Positions 47,786 to 57,585 of a stretch of DNA of 64,000 nt are shown piece by piece; within the stretch, counting starts at the first letter, position 1, and each line of letters starts with the position of its first letter. Where the stretch lies: positions 61,888 through 125,887 of the forward strand of contig PCBK01000189.1 in assembly GCA_002731275.1 (NCBI GenBank), written 5' to 3'. Below the pieces are notes generated by a model. It worked only from the letters and a program-made list of their open reading frames with translations, was not told where the DNA came from and ran no database searches. Origin of the DNA: Deltaproteobacteria bacterium. GTDB taxonomy: Bacteria; Myxococcota_C; UBA6777. The position numbers and the translations under genes are program-made.

Positions 47786-47908
47786 TGTGTGCTCCACTTC
47801 CAAAAATGACATGTGGCAAAAGTATGCCTTGATGCCAACAACGATGCAACACCACGAGTAGATTTCAAGTGATCGGTAGGCTCAGGAAAGAAGCGCTCTA
47901 CGAAGCGT

Positions 47909-50470
47909 TTAACGCAGTAAGAGTCCGCGGATCTGTTTATCGAGTGTAGAGGCGAGTTGGTCAGGCATACGTCGAAAGTGGAGTCTCTGTTTTCCTTTAT
48001 GATCGAACAAGATGAGCTGTGGGATCGTGTCGATCTTGTACCGGCGGCTGTACATCCCTTGTGTATCTCTCGCGACTGTAAAGGGGAAACGCTTGCCCCA
48101 TCGCGCCAAAAAGGGTTTTAACTCGGACATATCATCCGTCGTCACAGCGAGGATCCGAAACCCTTTTCGCTCATAACGTTGGTATAACTTCCGAAGCATC
48201 GGGACCATCGCCTTACATCCGGCACACCATGTCGCCCAAAAGAACAACATCGTCGGTCCTTTTGCGTTGGTCACAGACAAGGCTTTGCCATCGATATCCA
48301 TGAGCGGTGCCATCGTCTCGCGTTTTTGAGGAGCATTTGGTCTGGAACGGCGCAAACCAAATACCCGCGTGTTTGGCTCCTGACCGTCGGGCTCCCAATC
48401 AGGTCCTCCAGCCCCTCCTATCGAATCTTGCTGAAGTTTGCGCCGCTTCAGTGTCACTGTGAGCGTTTTGAAGCGCCCTCTTCTGTAAACCATCATGTAA
48501 TGTTTCTTTTTTGGAGATGCCATCATGACGCGTTCACGGATCTCATTGCTGAACAGCAACATCCCACCATCAAAAGACACGACGATATCACCAGGTAAGA
48601 CGCCAGCCTCCTCAGCCGGTGTATTGGACCCCACTTCGACGACTTGTGAGGCGCCAGGTGCGAGCTTCTCAAATTTGGCGTGCCATCCCTCACGTACTGG
48701 TTGAAACACGATCCCCAACCACGAAGGCATCAACGACTGATCATCCAAGCGACGAAGCTGTGCGTATTGTTTCTGTTTTTGTCGCTGCCTCTCAAGCGCC
48801 TTCTTCGAGAGCACTCCGTCTGCGAACAATGCGCCCTCTACCGGCTTGTTCCCCAGTGAGGTTTGCTCACATTCAAGCAACGCCTTTAGATCGGCTTTTT
48901 GGCTCGCACGACCGTGCCTCATCATCCAGACACGACCGGCGATACGGATCAACAAAGTGTGCAGACGCAGCAACGCAGCCTCACGGACTTGGAGCTGATA
49001 CGTCCTCACATCCAAACGCTGTTTGTGCGTATAAATCGAAGTCAAGCGCTTGTTGATCGCCTTATGTTTGCGCAGGTATCGAATATAAGCGTTGTAAAGG
49101 TGTGTGCCGATCTTGGCTGTTTGCTCATCGAGATCGGGTCTCTTCATCTCTTTCTCGACATCGTGTCCAAGACCTGGATCACGTTGGTAAAAACGAATCA
49201 ACATGCGCTGTCGGACCTCGTCATCGAGATTCTTCCAACCTTCGAAGGCGCGAATCGATTGGAGCCGCTTACGGCTCTTTTGAATCGCCTCCCACACAGC
49301 GCGTAAAGTCGTGAGTTGGGGCAAGTCAAAAGAGCGCTGTACACGTTGAAGCAGCGCAATATCAGCGGCGACCAAAGCCGGAGGTTTGGCCCAAATTTTC
49401 TTGAGCAGGCTGTCGACAAAGACATGAAAAGTGGTGTCTTCTTTTTTGGCTGCACGCCTGACAATGTCACGCAAGAAGACATCTGACGTGCGAAGTGGAA
49501 CATCCGGTGTGCGATCCGTGAGCAGTGTCATCTCGTGAGCTTCTACGAATGTCCGGGCGCGCCGCATCGCTCGAATCATCCGATAGGCGTGTCCAACGCG
49601 CTCCGCCCGTGCGGTCTCAGGGAAGCAACCATACGCCTCACGACTCGACAGTGTCGAAAAGAAACCACATCGGTTGCCGTGCACTTTTGTCCCCTCTTCG
49701 TAGAGCAGATTGGCAAATCCACCCGAGTAACACTGCGACATCACACTCACAACGCGCGTCTCTTTCCCCAAAGGCTTCATCATATCGCGCACTTCTTTGA
49801 CATTCACTTGCTCCCCCCACAGCTCGATCTTGTTGCCAAGAGGGCCTTTGCCACGTGTCCCATGATCCGTCACAAAGAACATCAACGTCTGTGACTTTTG
49901 CCCCTTTGAGGTCTTCTTCCAATCATGAAACCATTGTGCAAGTGAGCGCTTTTTTGCCGGACGCATAGACATCCCAGGCATGGTCGTATTGACAAGCTTC
50001 GATGCGTCCATCAATTGCGCTTCTGGCAACCCCTCAAACAGCCAGTCTTTCGGTCTCCTGATCGCGACAAGACGATCTTTCTTTGGTGACGTCCCATCTG
50101 TCGAGAAGAGGCTCATCTCATCGACAGCCAACCCCCGACGTTTGAGGAGCTCTGAGAACATTTGTAAGTGAAGGTGATGTGAGAAGTAATTGCTCTGTGG
50201 GTTCCCGCCGCCGTTGAGCAAGAGGGCGTGCTGCAGGCCAAGTGGTCGATTGACGCGCTTGGTGTAACCTTTTGAGCGAGGATAGCTCTTGGGTGTATGT
50301 GTGGTCGGGTTGAGTGGTTGTGTGCTCTTTGTTGTTTGGCTTGGAGTGTTCGTTTTGTTTGTGCTCGTTTGAAGTGCGAAGAAAACGCCTCCGCCCCCCA
50401 CACCAATCCCCAGCAAGAAGATCAAACTCCATTGGAGGAGATGGCTCTTTGGGCCATGTGCTTCTGCCAT
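47909..50470 (-). CDS. Membrane-anchored clan CD (C13/caspase-like) protease, PDZ and TlpA-like thioredoxin fusion
   Basis: N-terminal TM; FVTDHG and MSQCYSGGF dyad; PDZ (WLGIVF...TPAEEAGVLPGDIVVSFDG); FWATWCAGC...TIPQ. Confidence 0.8.
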   Translation of the reverse strand: MAEAHGPKSHLLQWSLIFLLGIGVGGGGVFFALQTSTNKTNTPSQTTKSTQPLNPTTHTPKSYPRSKGYTKRVNRPLGLQHALLLNGGGNPQSNYFSHHLHLQMFSELLKRRGLAVDEMSLFSTDGTSPKKDRLVAIRRPKDWLFEGLPEAQLMDASKLVNTTMPGMSMRPAKKRSLAQWFHDWKKTSKGQKSQTLMFFVTDHGTRGKGPLGNKIELWGEQVNVKEVRDMMKPLGKETRVVSVMSQCYSGGFANLLYEEGTKVHGNRCGFFSTLSSREAYGCFPETARAERVGHAYRMIRAMRRARTFVEAHEMTLLTDRTPDVPLRTSDVFLRDIVRRAAKKEDTTFHVFVDSLLKKIWAKPPALVAADIALLQRVQRSFDLPQLTTLRAVWEAIQKSRKRLQSIRAFEGWKNLDDEVRQRMLIRFYQRDPGLGHDVEKEMKRPDLDEQTAKIGTHLYNAYIRYLRKHKAINKRLTSIYTHKQRLDVRTYQLQVREAALLRLHTLLIRIAGRVWMMRHGRASQKADLKALLECEQTSLGNKPVEGALFADGVLSKKALERQRQKQKQYAQLRRLDDQSLMPSWLGIVFQPVREGWHAKFEKLAPGASQVVEVGSNTPAEEAGVLPGDIVVSFDGGMLLFSNEIRERVMMASPKKKHYMMVYRRGRFKTLTVTLKRRKLQQDSIGGAGGPDWEPDGQEPNTRVFGLRRSRPNAPQKRETMAPLMDIDGKALSVTNAKGPTMLFFWATWCAGCKAMVPMLRKLYQRYERKGFRILAVTTDDMSELKPFLARWGKRFPFTVARDTQGMYSRRYKIDTIPQLILFDHKGKQRLHFRRMPDQLASTLDKQIRGLLLR

Positions 50471-50762
50471 ATTGTTGCTCCCTGAATATAGATGTGACAC
50501 AAAGTGTCAACGACTCGTACAGACGCGATGTTCGTCTTCAAAAACCACTCTCCATCCATGATTATTCCTGGCGACAAATGCAACAAACACACGCACACAT
50601 AACAGCGCCAGAGAATGACCGTTGAACACATCATCCCACATCGGCCGATAGGAGAACAGAAAACGGACTTGATTTCTCCTCGCTACTTGCCCTGAATCCA
50701 TTTCGTGAGAATATTCGGGATCACAAGGTCACCCGAAATCATTCAGAACACAGGACGATCCC

Positions 50763-52313
50763 ATGTCTGACAAGAAACAAACTCCCCCCTCTTCGTCTGA
50801 ACCCACCTCTGAAAAGGCCGAACAGTCCTTCTCACAATGGATTCAGTCCTTGATCTATACGAAGTCAGCCAAGCAGGACGACCCAAAACAAAGCACACCA
50901 CCCGAAGAACAAGACACCTCCCAAAAACAAGATGCGCCCCCCAAGGAACCAGACACACCGCCCGAAGCGAAGTCTCCAGGAATTTTAGAGCAGGCGCTCT
51001 CACCGGAGATGTTACATCGTTTCTTGAAACTCTTCATGCCTGATGACCCATTCCAGGCTATCCAAGAAGAGATCAGTAAGCTTCGCAAGGAGTTACCGAC
51101 ACCTTGTATTCAACTGCTCGGCGAGCCACAGGTTGGCAAGAGCAGCGTCGTCCGCGCGCTCACCGGTGACACAAACGCCCGCATTGGTCTTGGTGATGGC
51201 GTCCCTGTGACAGAGCGAATCGACGCCTACGCGTTCCCCCCAAACGCCGAGTTACCTCTGTGGATGTTTCTGGACACGCCAGGACTAGGAGCAGAGACAG
51301 ACGAAGACGAGCATGAGTTCAATGCACTGCTACGAGGTGAAGCGACGCTTCCAGATGGAAGCACCCTTCCCCGTCCTCACTTTTTGTTACTCTGTTTGCG
51401 CGCAGATGATGAGGCGCTGCACATTCTCCCTCGCGCAGAGCAAGCCGCCACACAACTCTCAGAAGAAGACGATCCACTTCCCGTCCTCGTCGTGCAGACA
51501 TGCCTGCACAGGATTATGCATCCTCATCCAATGCCATACCCCTTCGGAGAAGATGGTTCACTGCTGCCAGACGATCTGCCTGAGGATGTGAAGAGGCAAT
51601 TGCAGTACCAACGCGATGAGGTACACAAACGCATCCCACAAGCGCGCTTTGTCGTCGTTGACATCACTGATGAAGAAGATGAGGTGGGCGATCCATTCTA
51701 CGGTGCGCCAGCGCTTTTGGAGGTCACGTATCAGGTCCTTCCGACGACAGTCTCGCAGCTTTTACGAACGACAAGAGAGACCTTTGATACGACCTACCAA
51801 GAGTCCGCACAGACGATGATCGTCTCATACGCGACGGCAGCTGCGAGCGCAGGAGCACTCCCTCCACCAGTCGGAGACATCGCGACTGTTGGGATCGCGC
51901 TCACGCTGCTTCGACAGCTCGCGATCTTATACCGCCAACCCTGGGAGCTGCGTACAGTGCTAGAGCTGCTCTCCAGCCTGGGAAGCACGACGATGTTGTG
52001 GCTGTTACTTCGTTACCTCGCGCGTCGCATCCCTGTCCCCGTTCTGATGGCGCCTGTTGGCGCGGCAGGTGCCTTTGTGCTCGTCTTCAGTATTGGACAT
52101 CTGATGAATTGGTACTACCAGCAAGTCCGCAAAGGCCACCACCCCAAAGAGAACGAGATCCGTTCGTATTGGCAGGGACTTGAAAAAGAAGCACAAGAGC
52201 AGGTTAAGAAGTTCATGTCTTCGCTCTGGTCCAATCAGGAAGAAGAGAAGACCCAAGAGGAAGACAAACCAACACAAGAAGCCCTCCCCTCACCCACCAA
52301 AAAAAATTCGTAA
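50763..52313 (+). CDS. P-loop GTPase with C-terminal YcjF/DUF697-like hydrophobic domain
   Basis: G1 GEPQVGKS, G3 DTPG and atypical G4 (QTCLH); C-terminal YATAAASAGALPPPVGD...LAILY segment. Confidence 0.8.
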   Translation: MSDKKQTPPSSSEPTSEKAEQSFSQWIQSLIYTKSAKQDDPKQSTPPEEQDTSQKQDAPPKEPDTPPEAKSPGILEQALSPEMLHRFLKLFMPDDPFQAIQEEISKLRKELPTPCIQLLGEPQVGKSSVVRALTGDTNARIGLGDGVPVTERIDAYAFPPNAELPLWMFLDTPGLGAETDEDEHEFNALLRGEATLPDGSTLPRPHFLLLCLRADDEALHILPRAEQAATQLSEEDDPLPVLVVQTCLHRIMHPHPMPYPFGEDGSLLPDDLPEDVKRQLQYQRDEVHKRIPQARFVVVDITDEEDEVGDPFYGAPALLEVTYQVLPTTVSQLLRTTRETFDTTYQESAQTMIVSYATAAASAGALPPPVGDIATVGIALTLLRQLAILYRQPWELRTVLELLSSLGSTTMLWLLLRYLARRIPVPVLMAPVGAAGAFVLVFSIGHLMNWYYQQVRKGHHPKENEIRSYWQGLEKEAQEQVKKFMSSLWSNQEEEKTQEEDKPTQEALPSPTKKNS

Positions 52314-52339
52314 GGCTCACACAAAAGGAGAATGGATAG

Positions 52340-54907
52340 ATGGCGATGTACTTCGCAGTCAGTCAATGGACGCTGCTGTTTTGGACGATTGGTGGTGTAC
52401 TTCTACTCTCGTGGGCGTTGTATATTGCGATCGCATGGCTCCAAGTGCGCAACAAAAGCTCTGACGCAGTTGGCGTACTCGTCGAAGCACTGTTCAAGGT
52501 CTTTAAACAGCCACTCGCCTATGTCTCCATCTCAGCGCTCCTGCTCATCACACTTGGTATCGTCGCAGGCAGCCAGCTGTCCCCTATCCTCTTCGTGACC
52601 ATCTCAGGTGTCACGGTCTCGGCCCTTGCTCTCCTCGCTTGGAGCCAATGGCCGAAAGAAACAGCGGACTCCAACCTCTTCGATCTGCTCCCGCTCCCAC
52701 AGGTGGAGTGGCCCTCCTTTGAAGACGAATGGGATAAACGTGCGCACACGTGGGTGGACTCGCGAGCCTATGAGCTCAAATCCAATCCTCCAGAATTCAC
52801 GGGAGGAATGTTTGGGGGCCTCGCCCTCGAAGTGTCCAGAGAACTCGCCGCCATTTACAACAAAGAGACCATGCTCTCGGTCTCGATCAAAGATGTACTC
52901 AAAGGGGTCGAGCGTACAGCTGCAGACATGAAGATCCTCAGCAACCACCTCCCACTCGCAGGACACCTCACCCTCGCAGATATCGAACGACAGATCGACG
53001 TCGCGATCCGTAAAGGCCGATGGCTTTACATCTCCCTCTACCTGATCCTCTCCGTCATCAACCCCGGAAACCTCATACGTGTCGCTGTCATTTTTGTCCA
53101 AAAGAGAAGTCCCTGGGAACACCTCCTCATCGAACTACGTGGATGGGTTTACGGTCACTATGTCCAGCGACTTGGCTATCACATGACGCTGATCTATAGC
53201 GAACGTCAACCCCCTCCAGCCGGCTCCCTCCAACACGCAATCGCCACAGAAGAGAAGAAACAGTTCCACGAAATGCAGAGCCAAAAGCTCGGCTGGCTAG
53301 GATTGATAAGCACCTTTGGCTTTGTACTCTACCTGATCTGGCAGATCGCAAATGCCGTTTGGGTCTTCGGCATTCCCGCCGCAATCATCGACTTGTTCTT
53401 GTTGGGTGTGCTCGGGTATGGGATCCTCCAGATACGCTCCGTCGAGAGATGGCGTGCGTATTGGGATGCTCTTCAGCCAAAGTGGCCAGAAAACCCTCCT
53501 CCCAAAACACAGACAGACCAAAAAGCACGTGACGCGATGGATCTGGTCCTTTACAGACACAAAGACCCACCCAATTTCAGCGACCTCAAAGAGGTCCCCG
53601 GTTACTACGGAAACCTGACCTACGAACTGTGGCAAGCCTGTTTTCGTGCGTATCAACACCCCGAAGACAAAGTCCCACTTCGCGCAACAAGAGAACTCTA
53701 CCTCCCTCAAGGTTTCGCAGGTATCGAACGCTTCTGTGCTGATCTTAGCCTGTGGTATGAGGGACAAAAGACACTCCCACGAACCATTCGTCAGCTCGAA
53801 CAGATCGGTCTTGATCTGGAGGCGCTTTATCTCTACCTGCAACAAGCCCCAAGCAAAGACGAAGCTCCAACAGAAGAGCCCACCCAAGAAAAAACAGAAG
53901 AGTCCGCTCAAGAAAAAACAGAAGAGCGTGGATTTTGGAAGCGCATGTTTTCGCAGGTTGGGCACGCAGTCACAGGCTTTGCGATTGGACAACTCCACCC
54001 ACGTGTTCATGCATTATTGGACGAAGAGCTGGGAGAGAGACTGATCGATATCTATGGCGGTCGCTTCCCACAGAGCGCTTTTGAGCCACAAGAAACACAT
54101 ACCACCAACATCCTCGTGCTCTCGCGTGAGACGCGCAAAACACAGACCTTCTTGCGAGCGCTCATCGGCCCGGCCTACTCACCAGAAAATGAAGACCAGT
54201 CTGAGGATGAAGATACATGGCAGGCGACACGAGAGTTTAGCGCTGCGCTTCCGGGTGATACAACGTACCACTTTTACTCCCAACGCTGGCACTCCCTCGA
54301 CAAGGCGCAAGAGGATCCCCTCACACATACATTCCAACAACACGCTTACCACGGAATCATCTTGCTTGAGACCATTGACTATGGAGCACGAGGGAATGTG
54401 GGAACGTTTGTCAAAAACAGACTCCTCCCTCTTCTCCGCAAAGGACAGGTCGGCTCGCTCTTTTTGGTCCTCACTGGCGTCGAAAAGCTCAAGCCCATGC
54501 GCTGGGAACCTCCTTACGACGACTACCGCGATGAGCAACCTGAACAACGCAAATCACAGCGTATCCGCAACGCCCTGCTCGCGTGGGAAGAGATCTTCAA
54601 GGACATTCACGCGCTCCCCTTCGAACAGCTCCTTCCTGTCGGCCTACCCAAAGAACAGGATCCCTGGGGACTCGACAGAATCCAGACGCTCTTGCACATC
54701 AAGGATGTACTCGCCTACATCCAAAGAGACGATCTCCAGCAAGGCACAGACCAAACCGACCCCTCAACAGAAGAGAACACGCCAAAAAGCAGCGACGAGT
54801 TGGCCGACATCGTTGAGGAAAAAGAAGAATACAAAAAGGAAGGTTCAGGGAAGGATACCAGTGAGGAAGAACAGGATGGCGTAGATGCCGACCAAAAGGA
54901 GGATTAG
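52340..54907 (+). CDS. Large membrane protein with duplicated TM-plus-helical module and degenerate C-terminal GTPase-like domain
   Basis: 855 aa; TM clusters; internal repeat; C-terminal NILVLSRETRKTQTFLRALIG...VLTGVEKL..WEPPYD. Confidence 0.7.
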   Translation: MAMYFAVSQWTLLFWTIGGVLLLSWALYIAIAWLQVRNKSSDAVGVLVEALFKVFKQPLAYVSISALLLITLGIVAGSQLSPILFVTISGVTVSALALLAWSQWPKETADSNLFDLLPLPQVEWPSFEDEWDKRAHTWVDSRAYELKSNPPEFTGGMFGGLALEVSRELAAIYNKETMLSVSIKDVLKGVERTAADMKILSNHLPLAGHLTLADIERQIDVAIRKGRWLYISLYLILSVINPGNLIRVAVIFVQKRSPWEHLLIELRGWVYGHYVQRLGYHMTLIYSERQPPPAGSLQHAIATEEKKQFHEMQSQKLGWLGLISTFGFVLYLIWQIANAVWVFGIPAAIIDLFLLGVLGYGILQIRSVERWRAYWDALQPKWPENPPPKTQTDQKARDAMDLVLYRHKDPPNFSDLKEVPGYYGNLTYELWQACFRAYQHPEDKVPLRATRELYLPQGFAGIERFCADLSLWYEGQKTLPRTIRQLEQIGLDLEALYLYLQQAPSKDEAPTEEPTQEKTEESAQEKTEERGFWKRMFSQVGHAVTGFAIGQLHPRVHALLDEELGERLIDIYGGRFPQSAFEPQETHTTNILVLSRETRKTQTFLRALIGPAYSPENEDQSEDEDTWQATREFSAALPGDTTYHFYSQRWHSLDKAQEDPLTHTFQQHAYHGIILLETIDYGARGNVGTFVKNRLLPLLRKGQVGSLFLVLTGVEKLKPMRWEPPYDDYRDEQPEQRKSQRIRNALLAWEEIFKDIHALPFEQLLPVGLPKEQDPWGLDRIQTLLHIKDVLAYIQRDDLQQGTDQTDPSTEENTPKSSDELADIVEEKEEYKKEGSGKDTSEEEQDGVDADQKED

Positions 54908-55302
54908 CAGTCGTACGAAACAGGATATCCCTGTTGGTGCCACGCCTCCATCCCACCGTGCATAGACGCGACACGGGTGTAACCCATGTCGAGCAACATC
55001 TGCACAGCTTCTGCTGCCAATTGACCATCTTTACAAAACAATATAATCGGCTCATCGAGTGGCCACGCTTGCACCAATTGCTCCAAGGCAGACACAGGGA
55101 TCAACTCAGCGCCTGCGACATGGCCCAATGCACCTGTGTGAGAGTCTAGGTTGCGCACATCGATCAACCGACACACGTCTCCGTGTTGATGCACCCAAGA
55201 CACTTCAACTTCGGGGATACCATCGTCAGAAAATCGAACGATAGCGTCATGCAAAGGTAGCTCTTCGCCATATCTCGAATCTGTTACCATCTTTGTAGGC
55301 AT
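54904..55302 (-). CDS. Rhodanese-like sulfurtransferase
   Basis: LIDVR, GHVAGA, active-site loop FCKDGQLA and SMHGGMEAW; start 55302 or 55308. Confidence 0.88.
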   Translation of the reverse strand: MPTKMVTDSRYGEELPLHDAIVRFSDDGIPEVEVSWVHQHGDVCRLIDVRNLDSHTGALGHVAGAELIPVSALEQLVQAWPLDEPIILFCKDGQLAAEAVQMLLDMGYTRVASMHGGMEAWHQQGYPVSYDC

Positions 55303-55911
55303 GGGCATCTCCTGTGTATTCGTTTGGGTGGTATAGGAAACCAAGGGAGCGGTTTTCAACAATAGAAAAGGGAGCGAGCACAGAATCACGCAAGCTTAGG
55401 AAAAGTCATTCAGGTACGTCATGTACGTAAGGAGTCTTGAACAGCCCGAAAAAGGCTACCTCATCGGCTCAAACGCGAAAAGGAAAGTGACGCCACCAAC
55501 CACAAGCCAAATTTGCGCGAAGACCTTTTGTATCCGCCAAAAACCGCTCGAACAGAAAGCGTTTTCTATCAAAAAACATGCCATTTCACTCATTTCCCCA
55601 ACGAAACCAAACACATCAAAAACAACACCAAAAAACAAGGAACTCTCCACCCACCTCAAACTCTGCCGCCTTATATGTCCATAAAGATGTTTCAAAAAAC
55701 GATGCACAAAACGCAACACAATGCATCAATACAACAAAAAGCATCATCCCCACCCCATTCGACTTATCATGTTCCACATCAGCACAATTGTTCTCTTGGT
55801 AGAGACAATCCTGTGCATTCGGTCGCAAAATGCGTTTGCAAAAAAGAATGCCTGTGTTATCACCCTGTATTGACCGAACTTTTCACCTACTCATAGCCAA
55901 CGGAGTCACCT

Positions 55912-56547
55912 ATGAAACGCTCTCCTCTTCGCACAGTATGTTTTTTGCTTGGCGCCTCACTACTTTTCCTCTCGGCGACAGCGACCGCAAAGAAAAAACG
56001 CAATGAAACCTGCGCATGGAAGAACGCCAGTATCACCAAAAAGAGTCAAAAGATCAGAGACTTCAAAGGTTGGGATGTTTACACACCTGCGTTGGCATGT
56101 AACCACACACAGCTCAAAGTGTCTCCTGCCAACCAAAAGACCATCGAAGGTCTACTCGTCACATTCTTTGGTGACTTGCTCCACCAACGAGCTTCATACA
56201 CCTCACTGCTCGCCCCCAAAACCCCCCCGGCCTTTCGTGCAGGTATCAAGTCTTGCTTGCTCCAACAGGTCAAGGGGTTCAAGCGGTTTATTGTACACGC
56301 TCGCATCGACGCAAAAACAGGCTCGGTGAGGGGCAATCGACACGCCCGCAAGTACCTTCAGGTTGGGAAGATGATGTTTGGTTCATTCGATCATCTGGTC
56401 TTTATGGAAGGAAATGATAGCCGAAATGATATCATCGTGTATGTGAAAAAACACGATGGGAAGTGGTACGTTAAAGGATTCTGGTCGGTATGGTTGCGCA
56501 AGTGCTTTGCCAAAAAGAAACCCTGGTGGAGCAAGAAGAAAAAGTAG
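55912..56547 (+). CDS. Hypothetical exported basic protein
   Basis: Signal peptide ending ATA; GGAG SD; VYVKKHDGKWYV end resembles NTF2-like folds. Confidence 0.7.
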   Translation: MKRSPLRTVCFLLGASLLFLSATATAKKKRNETCAWKNASITKKSQKIRDFKGWDVYTPALACNHTQLKVSPANQKTIEGLLVTFFGDLLHQRASYTSLLAPKTPPAFRAGIKSCLLQQVKGFKRFIVHARIDAKTGSVRGNRHARKYLQVGKMMFGSFDHLVFMEGNDSRNDIIVYVKKHDGKWYVKGFWSVWLRKCFAKKKPWWSKKKK

Positions 56548-56565
56548 AATGTCGTGAGAACCCGC

Positions 56566-57363
56566 TCAGACGATCGCGTCGAGATATCGATGTGGATCGG
56601 TCTCTCGATAATGCTTCAACTCATCGATCCCTCGACTGATCGCGCCGTGAACAAGTCCCCTCACCTGACGCAACACCTCCTCATCATCCTCACAACCATC
56701 AAAAGGCGCCATCTGAATGGGCTCCATGAGCTGCATGTAGATCCGCTCTGGACGAGGTAATGGCGTGGGCCCCATCCCCTTCGAGATGGGGAACATCAGC
56801 TCTGGGTGGAGTTTGAGTTCTTCGAGTAACGGTCCAAGTGGTGAACGCATCAACTGATGGCCGTCGAAGATGATATCAAACATATCTTCAACACCGACAG
56901 ATGCAAACGGTACGATCGTACATTGGTGTTGAATCGCCATCTTTACGAAGCCCAGCCGCTCCCCCCAGATCAGTTCGTACTTTTCGCCTTTACGCTTGCT
57001 CACCTCACGCCCACCACCAGGGAAGACCAACACACACTCCCCTTGATCCATGAGCGCCCCACAATTCTCCCTCGTCCCCTCCACCGCACCAAAATGCGAA
57101 AGAGCATCCCGCCAGCCAGGGACGCGATAGTGAAACTTGTGCGCCAAAGAGCGCAAAAAGATCCCGTGTTCCCGATACAACTCGAAGAACAAAAACGGCA
57201 CGTCCAAGATCCCATACAAGGTGTGATTGCCTACAAATAACAGAGGACGCTCGTCAGGTACGTTCTCCATCCCCCGGAAATGAGGGCGCGTCCAACGGCG
57301 CCAGGGGGAAAGCATCCACTCGGAAAACTTCAACTCTCGTGCTGATGGTTGTTTAAAATACAT
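56566..57363 (-). CDS. Lysophospholipid/diacylglycerol acyltransferase (PlsC/DGAT2-like)
   Basis: LFVGNHTLYGILD, VFPGGGRE, GFVKMA and IVPFASVG motifs. Confidence 0.88.
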   Translation of the reverse strand: MYFKQPSARELKFSEWMLSPWRRWTRPHFRGMENVPDERPLLFVGNHTLYGILDVPFLFFELYREHGIFLRSLAHKFHYRVPGWRDALSHFGAVEGTRENCGALMDQGECVLVFPGGGREVSKRKGEKYELIWGERLGFVKMAIQHQCTIVPFASVGVEDMFDIIFDGHQLMRSPLGPLLEELKLHPELMFPISKGMGPTPLPRPERIYMQLMEPIQMAPFDGCEDDEEVLRQVRGLVHGAISRGIDELKHYRETDPHRYLDAIV

Positions 57364-57585
57364 CGAACCCTTTCTCTTTCATCCACAAAAAACAACGACG
57401 CAAAGAGGCCGCCTGAAACATCACCGCGAAACATGATGGAAGAAAGCACACCTTAACGCAAGAGAAAGAGTACGTTGGGTACAAAAAGACAAACGCAAAG
57501 TTGCGCTGTTATCCATCGCGTACTATGCTGCCCTCCGAAAAAAGTGCGACACCACAGCACAAGTACAATCCTGGAAAGATGTGAC

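Noticed and set aside
53885-53926. 18-bp direct repeat CAAGAAAAAACAGAAGAG
   Set aside because: In-frame duplication encoding QEKTEE in a low-complexity acidic linker; no evidence of a separate element.
55390-55911. About 520-bp A/C-rich intergenic region with short ORFs; possible sRNA or riboswitch
   Set aside because: No recognisable RNA motif, strong hairpin or credible CDS; likely divergent promoters plus strand compositional bias.
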